This document shows positions 58,345 through 64,000 of a DNA stretch of 64,000 bases, piece after piece (the stretch's first letter is position 1; each line of letters starts with the position of its first letter). Where the stretch lies: assembly GCA_963666975.2 (NCBI GenBank), contig CAXVYR010000004.1:1920001-1984000 (forward strand), read 5' to 3'. The stretch comes from Terriglobia bacterium (GTDB taxonomy: Bacteria; Acidobacteriota; Terriglobia; 2-12-FULL-54-10). The position numbers were made by a program, and so were the translations under genes. The notes under the pieces are model-generated. The model did not search any database. It saw nothing but the letters and a program-made list of their open reading frames with translations, and was not told the origin of the DNA.

Positions 58345-58980
58345 TTGCCTGATGGCGAGAGAGTAATTTCCCGTCCCGATTCCGCGCTGATTCAGCGCGC
58401 CGCGAAATTTTCTACGGCGACACTGGGGGAAGCCACCGGCAAACCGATTGACCTTCCCGTGGCCATCAAGCCGGTTTCACCCAGGATGAGGGCATGCGGC
58501 CCGGCCGTTACGGTCGCCTCTCCTGCTCGGGATAACCTGACGCTTCATCAGGCAATCTACGTTGCGAACCCGGGAGACGTGCTCGTAGTAGAGGTGTCCG
58601 GGCTCTACGAGGCAGGTTATTGGGAGGATATCATGACCCATGCCGCCCTCCATCGCAAGATTGCCGGCTTGGTGATCGATGGGTGTGTGCGGGACAGTGA
58701 CGCCATTGAGGAGGCGGGATTCCCGGTCTTTTCCAGAGGTCTTTGTATTCGCGGCACAGCGAAACGGGGAAAAGGCAAGATGAACCAGCCCATCACGATC
58801 GGCGAGGTCTCGATTAGGCCGGGGGATTTGGTTGTTGGTGACAGGGATGGCGTCGTGGTCATCCCCCAGTCGGAGATACTCGAAGTTTTGGCGGAGGCGG
58901 GAAAGCGCGATCAGAAGGAGAACCGGGTCAAGGACGAGCTGGCGGCAGGCAAAACCACGCTCGAGATCTACGGATGGTGA
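58345..58980 (+). CDS. RraA-family HMG/CHA aldolase (LigK/GalC-like)
   Basis: STATLGEA, GPAVTV, DNLTLHQAI, DGCVRD, PGDLVVGDRDGV; GYWED where WG(D/E) is usual. Confidence 0.85.
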   Translation: MPDGERVISRPDSALIQRAAKFSTATLGEATGKPIDLPVAIKPVSPRMRACGPAVTVASPARDNLTLHQAIYVANPGDVLVVEVSGLYEAGYWEDIMTHAALHRKIAGLVIDGCVRDSDAIEEAGFPVFSRGLCIRGTAKRGKGKMNQPITIGEVSIRPGDLVVGDRDGVVVIPQSEILEVLAEAGKRDQKENRVKDELAAGKTTLEIYGW

Positions 58981-59161
58981 GGAAGCCAGCATGGTGACGC
59001 GTCCTGCTCCTGTATGCGCCGAATCGTTAAGGAGGCTGCTGAAAAGCACCGTAACACCGCTCCCTCACGGGGTCCCCAGCACGCCGCTGTCAGCGTGCTG
59101 GAGTGTCTCACGACCCGCCGCCTACAATAATGCAGTCGTAACTCAACGCAACTCCTCCGGC

Positions 59162-61237
59162 TCAGAACATTTCCGGGAAGGAAAACGTCAGCACGGCGTT
59201 GAGGCGCTTGTCGCTCACAATCAATTCCTTGTGCTTGGGATTGAGCGCAACCCCGCGCGGCATTTGGAGCACTCCTTTGGGGCCTCCAATCCGCCACCGG
59301 GGCGGAACGTCTCCATTGTCCTCAACGCTCCATATGCCGACATAGGCGGTATCGGAGGCCAGCTCTCCCTCGCCCCGGTCGCCGAGAATGATCCACCCGC
59401 GGGGCGGATAGACGGTGAACGGCCCGGAAAGTCTTCGGAAGCCGCTTTTCGGCCCTCCGATGATTGCCTTGGGTTTCACGTTGCCGTTGTCGGTGCGGTT
59501 GAAGATCAGGATGCGGGGCGTCTCCGGTTCGCCGGGCAGCTCGCTCACCACGATCAGCAGGTTATGGACCGGATCCACGGCCACTGCGTTGGTGTCGAGC
59601 AGCGTGTCCAGACCTTGTAATACCCGAATCGGCGCAACGTCGCCGTTGCCGTCCCGGGGATAGACGAGCACTTTGTCCGTTTGGGGGACAAAGATCTCGT
59701 TGTGCACCGGGTCCACGGCCAGCCGGTTGGGATAGGTCAGGCCGGTGCTGGGGCCCTGGATGTAGCGCACCGGCGCTTCCTCCCCACTCGCTCCTCCCCG
59801 GAACGCCAGAATGGCCTGGGGAAACGGCACCGGAAGGAAAAACTCATCATGAACCTCGTCATAGACAATCGAGTGCATCGTCCGGCCCAGCAGCGTCTTC
59901 TGCCCTTCGAGCTTCCGCATCGGCTTCGCTCCCCCATCCGCCAACCTGGCGAATGTCGCAATCTGCGGATGCGCCACTCAGTTCGGCACCAGAATCTCTT
60001 CCCGCTTGCTGTCGTACGCCACCGGATGCGGGTTCCCGATCCCCAGCGCCGGCTCATCCAGCGGCCCGCTCCGGATGATCCGCAGCGGTTCGACGTCGCC
60101 CGAAGCCCCTCTCGGATAAACCGTCGCCGAATGGTTTCCGAAGTTGGCCGCCCATAACTCGTCGTTTTCCAGGTCCAGATACACGCCGGTTGGATTCTTG
60201 AGATGCGTCTTCGGGCCCTGGACCACCCGGATCGGCGCGGCATCACCGTTTGCTGTCGTGCTTAAGATCAATATCGAGTTCCCCATGTCATTAGCCACAT
60301 ACAGCTCCCCGCGCTCCACGTCGATGGCCAGATGCGCCGACCAGTTCATCTGCGTCTTCGGCCCCTCGATCACGCGCAGCGGCGGCGTGTCCCCGCTGGC
60401 ATCCAGCGCATAGACGGTGATCGAGGGCGGTGAAAACTTTCCCGACCCCGGCACCTGTTCCCGCACCGGCCAGTTCTGTTTCCCCTCGGTTCGGTCCGGT
60501 CTGTAAAACGTTCCCCCGGGCCGCTTCTGGTGGGAGTTGCCGTAGTTGCTCACGAACATCACTTTGTTCTTTGTGTCGATGGCGATCCCGTGCGGATCTT
60601 CTAGTTTGGTTCGCTCCCCCTGGAGAAGCCGGAGCGGAGACTCGTCTTTCACGGCCGATTTCCGGAAGACCACGACGGCATTATCATGCTGCTCGGTCAG
60701 GAACATTTCCTGCGCTTCCTCGTCCACCGCGATCCCGAATGTCCCGTGCGGCGTGTACAACTCGCGCGTCGGCGGCACGTTCCCTTTTGCATCCCGGCCA
60801 AAGATCACCAACGTGTCCACCGTGTCGTTGTTTACTCCGTAGATGTCGCCGCTGGCCGGGTCGATGTACAGTCCGCATTGGAACTCGATCTTGGTATTCA
60901 GTCCTCCGATCATCCGCTTCGGCTCGGTCATCGTGGCCGTCGGCGGAGTGTTGTCCAGCCGGTCGTACACCAGAATGTTGAACAGGTTCTCGTCTGTCAG
61001 CACCACCTCGTTGCGGATCGGGTCCACGGCCACCGCGCTGTAGGCCGCATACGGGTCTCGGATCATCCGGACCGGCTTCCGCTGGGGGAAATCTCCTCCC
61101 TGGGACTGGCCGTCCCCCCGCGCCGCCAGCCGCTCCTGCCGGAACGCCATCAGATGACTCGTACTCGCCGGCATCCACTGACACATCTCCCCGTCCATCT
61201 CTCGAATCGGTGTGGGTAGCGGCGTAATGGAAAGCAA
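59162..61237 (-). CDS. NHL/YncE-like double beta-propeller protein with an in-frame TGA at 59978-59980 (candidate selenocysteine)
   Basis: About 12 repeats of the type P.GIAVD...E(L/I)FV.N...I.VY.R.A.G...P.R.I.G..T.L. The two ORFs abut in frame (VPN-TGA-VAHPQ) and split one blade; 691 aa if read through. Confidence 0.75.
59947..59976 (-). promoter_or_regulatory. SECIS-like stem-loop immediately 3' of the in-frame UGA
   Basis: mRNA UGA-G-UGGCGCAUCCGCA-GAU-UGCGACAUUCGCCA: UGGCG/CGCCA, AU/AU and CGCA/UGCG stems with a G-first loop. Confidence 0.5.
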
Positions 61238-61400
61238 TCGAGCCGACCCGGCCCCCCTCGCAGCAAATCCTGCCGGTCTTCCCCTGGGCTCCCGCTGTAT
61301 AGGACAAGTCCTCCGAGGACGCTCAGGTAATGGGGTCTTTTAGCTTGAAACAGGATGGGCCCGGTGCCAAATGATTTGGCACCGAAATATGGCGGAACGT

Positions 61401-61937
61401 TTAGCTATAGGATTGGATCACTTTTCTGACGCTCTTGCGGTGTGCAATCAAGCGCGCTTTTAATTCTTCCATTTCGCGGCTCCCCCCAATCAAGGGCAAT
61501 CTAATCGCGTTAGCACGAAATATCCGCTTGATTCGCTTCAGCATTAGGGTCGCTGGAATGCCCTGCTCATTGTGGCGGGCTGTCTCTTTTGCCAACCGAT
61601 ATACATCGCCAGAGGCTAAGGCCAAAAAATAAGCATGTGCCAACAAGAATTGGTCCACAGCAATCACGGCTGTTCTCTTGTTACCATTGGAAAACGAATG
61701 GTTGGTGACGAGGGAATGGAAAAGGGCTGCGGACTTATCGATAATCGTGCGATGTATGCTCTTGCCAAAGGCAGACTGAAATGGCCTATTTACCGCTGAA
61801 TCAAGAAGACGCACATCCCGATACTCTCCTGGACGGACGGGCTCGTCAAATGGCCAGTATTTCGAGACAAGCTCGTCATGGACCATTTCAACATAGGCCG
61901 TGCTCAACCTTATGTAACGAGCACTATTCCTTGGCAA
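61401..61937 (-). CDS. Doc/Fic-family toxin
   Basis: LLDSAVNRP, Doc-type motif HSFSNGNKRTA. Confidence 0.88.
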   Translation of the reverse strand: MPRNSARYIRLSTAYVEMVHDELVSKYWPFDEPVRPGEYRDVRLLDSAVNRPFQSAFGKSIHRTIIDKSAALFHSLVTNHSFSNGNKRTAVIAVDQFLLAHAYFLALASGDVYRLAKETARHNEQGIPATLMLKRIKRIFRANAIRLPLIGGSREMEELKARLIAHRKSVRKVIQSYS

Positions 61938-62091
61938 GTTTTTTCAGGGCATCGTAATATTTGGCGGCAGAGACCACGACGGCTGGATCAACCCTTGCAC
62001 CAGCCTTAGAGAGCTTCCTGGAGATGCGAGGGGTGTTTTTTTCGATATTGCGGCCAAGGATTTTCACGTTCTGTTTTACCTGTACGGTCAT
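61924..62091 (-). CDS. Small (55 aa) putative antitoxin, not in the ORF track
   Basis: AGGAGG RBS; MTVQVKQNVK...SAAKYYDALKKLAKE*; overlaps the toxin start; C-terminal helix resembles Doc-neutralising antitoxins. Confidence 0.7.
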   Translation of the reverse strand: MTVQVKQNVKILGRNIEKNTPRISRKLSKAGARVDPAVVVSAAKYYDALKKLAKE

Positions 62092-62105
62092 CGCTACCCC
62101 CTCCT

Positions 62106-62136
62106 GATGCTCACAGCATCTCTGAGATGCTCACAG
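62106..62136. promoter_or_regulatory. Overlapping palindromes/direct repeat, probable TA operator
   Basis: GATGCTCACAG x2; palindromes GATGCT-CAC-AGCATC and AGCATCTC-T-GAGATGCT directly upstream of the RBS. Confidence 0.5.
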
Positions 62137-62180
62137 TATACCTGATCGGTAATTCTGGTTCAATACTGAGAAAATGCCCC

Positions 62181-63241
62181 TGTCGTTAGCACATGATATG
62201 TCCGGTGGAAATAGCAAGTGAAGTGTCCGCTTGGAAGGCGGTCTGGGGTAAGAGCATCTATCCAGGAGGTGGAGATGGAGTCATACCCGAGGGCCGCGAT
62301 GGAGCGGGCAATGAAGATACAAGAAGTAATCTTGCGAGCGATAGGGAAGCGGATCAACTGGTGGCAGGCAGCCGAGATCATCGGGATCAGCGACCGGCAG
62401 ATGCGGCGGTGGCGCAGCCGGTAGGAGCAGGACGGCTACGACGGGCTGTTTGACCGGCGGCGGGGGAAACCAAGCCCGCGGCGGGTACCCCTGGGGACGA
62501 TGGAGAAGGTGCGGGGCTGGTAAACAAGAGGCGGAAGCGGGGCCTTCACCGCCAGCGGCGGCCCCGGCGGCCGTTGCCGGGGATGCTGCTGCATCTGGAT
62601 GGGAGCCAGCATCGGTGGTTTGCCGACGATCGCTGGTATGACCTGCTGGTGGTTCTGGATGATGGCAGCAGCGGAATTTACTATGCACAGCTGGTAGAGC
62701 AGGAATCGACGCGGACGGTGCTGGCTGCTCTGCGGGAGCTGGGCATTCAGATGATTCCGGCCTACTCGCCGCAGGCGCGAGGACGTGGCGAGCGGAATTT
62801 CGGGACCTGGCAAGGGCGGCTGCCGCAGGAACTGCGCCTGCGGGGGATCACGACGCTAAGAGGCCGCGAATGAGTTCCTGCGGGAGGGCTATATCGGGGA
62901 GTTCAATCGGCGCTTTGCCGTGCCGGCCGCCCAACAGGGCAGCGCCTTTTTGCCGTCAGCCAGACGGGAGTTAGGCCGCATCTTCTCGATCCAGCACGAA
63001 CGGGTGGTCAATCGGGACAATATGGACCGCACACAGTGGGCCGCTACTCCTCTGTGGGGGTGGCGGTCCGGTGCGGCGGCGGTCGGCGGCGGAGCCCACT
63101 GGCTTCCCGACGACACCATTCGGCGCTCACCTCAGTCGCCCTACGGGCTCCTTCGGTCAGCGCCGAACCACTCTCGGTAGGATCATGAAACCGGACACTT
63201 CACTTGCTACAAATACCGGACATTTCAACTTGCTAACAACA
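62181..63241 (+). mobile_element. Degenerate ISNCY/IS1202-like element with an internally deleted transposase
   Basis: Ends TGTCGTTAGCA / TGCTAACAACA with internal repeated TAGCAAGTGAAGTGTCCG-like boxes; fragments AAEIIGISDRQMRR, LLHLDGS.H.W, AYSPQARGR.ER.FGTWQGRL; stops and frameshifts. Confidence 0.8.
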
Positions 63242-63292
63242 CGACAGGCAGCCCGCAGGCAGGCTGCCTGGATCGTCTTCGATTCGAACGGT

Positions 63293-63343
63293 CAGCCGAT
63301 TACGCTTAGCCGATTACCCTAGCCGATGACACCTAACCAATTA
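63293..63343. repeat. Short tandem repeat of (T)AGCCGATTAC-like units, about 4 copies
   Basis: CAGCCGATTAC, TAGCCGATTAC, TAGCCGATGAC, TAACCAATTAC at 13-14 bp spacing; the last copy overlaps the anti-sigma stop. Confidence 0.55.
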
Positions 63344-63984
63344 CATGGAGAAGCTGAAAGGAAAGAACCGTTCTGCCGGCCACGGGTTTGCCAAATAAAG
63401 TGGCCGGGTCGAACACCGTAAACAGGAGATGGTTGCGAAGATTGCGGATGGCTTGCGGATCGTCGCTCCCTGCGACAACGTGGTAGTCAGCCACGCGGCC
63501 GTCGTGACTAATCAAGACCTCCACCACGAGCCCTTCCAAAGCGCTGCTGAACTCGAAGGGAGCGCTGCTTCGGAGTCGGGGAGATGTCCCTGAGGTTCAG
63601 CGGCACATCGTCGGAATCCGCCGTCACGGGAGCCGCGAACACGTGAATCAGCGTGCCGAAGATCAGCAGGGCCGAAAGAACCCCTGCCGCGGCCGGGAAA
63701 GCGACCGGAGCCATCAGATTCGCCCATCTCCACCGCCAGCCGGGTTGCTGTGCGCGCCACTTTTCCCGAGAAAGCCGGCGGCGAATCCGAAACCGAAAAT
63801 CGGACGGCAAAGCGGGAGCCGGAAGCTGCTTCAGCAAAGCTCCCACGCCGCGCAACTGCTCCAGTTCCTGCCGGCATTCAAGGCACTTTTCAAGATGACG
63901 GGTCACGGACCCCTGTTGCTGCGGGGAAAGGCATTCCTCCAGGTACGCCGAGAGGAGCTTTTTATTCTTCCAGCAAGCGAGCAT
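63333..63984 (-). CDS. zf-HC2 anti-sigma factor with TM and TonB-C-like periplasmic domain (apparent +1 frameshift at 63588-63590)
   Basis: LSAYLE, HLEKCLEC, TM segment, then VVEVLISHDGRV...FDPATLFGKP in the shifted frame. Confidence 0.8.
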
Positions 63985-64000
63985 GAAACACCCTATTCCG

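Noticed and set aside
61362-61384. Palindrome CGGTGCCAAAT-G-ATTTGGCACCG as a terminator or sigma54 site
   Set aside because: No U-tract on either strand and no -12 TTGC at the right spacing; function cannot be assigned.

Overview
High-GC bacterial chromosome segment, most likely Acidobacteriota (acidobacterial VWA protein, LexA box resembling GTTC-N7-GTTC, PEP-CTERM protein). The core backbone carries a DUF58 gene, an amidase and SLT, alaS-recX-pilT, serA, HU, argF/argG/argH under tandem ARG boxes, ddl, arginase, asnS, chrA, a PilGHI-like ABC module, rsmA, purE/purD, pfkA, infA, recJ, thiolase and lexA. There are three accessory zones. (i) 1.4-5.7 kb: IS256 plus a PARIS-like AriA/AriB defence pair. 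(ii) 17.0-18.3 kb: nuclease and TA debris inside the arg operon. (iii) 47-63.3 kb: a decaying aromatic-catabolism island (UbiD, amidohydrolase, LigB-class dioxygenase, RraA aldolases) with IS256, IS3 and IS1202-like elements and a Phd/Doc-type TA pair. Two observations stand out. The first is a His-rich beta-propeller gene broken mid-blade by an in-frame TGA that is followed immediately by a SECIS-like hairpin (candidate selenoprotein, 59162-61237). The second is an HUH/Y1 (RAYT-like) gene flanked by 28-bp inverted repeats that are also dispersed across the window as two covarying hairpin variants, one of which holds nested insertions of other mini-repeats. Several single-base indels in short homopolymers suggest long-read errors, so the frameshift calls are provisional. 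I recognised no tRNA, rRNA or CRISPR array.
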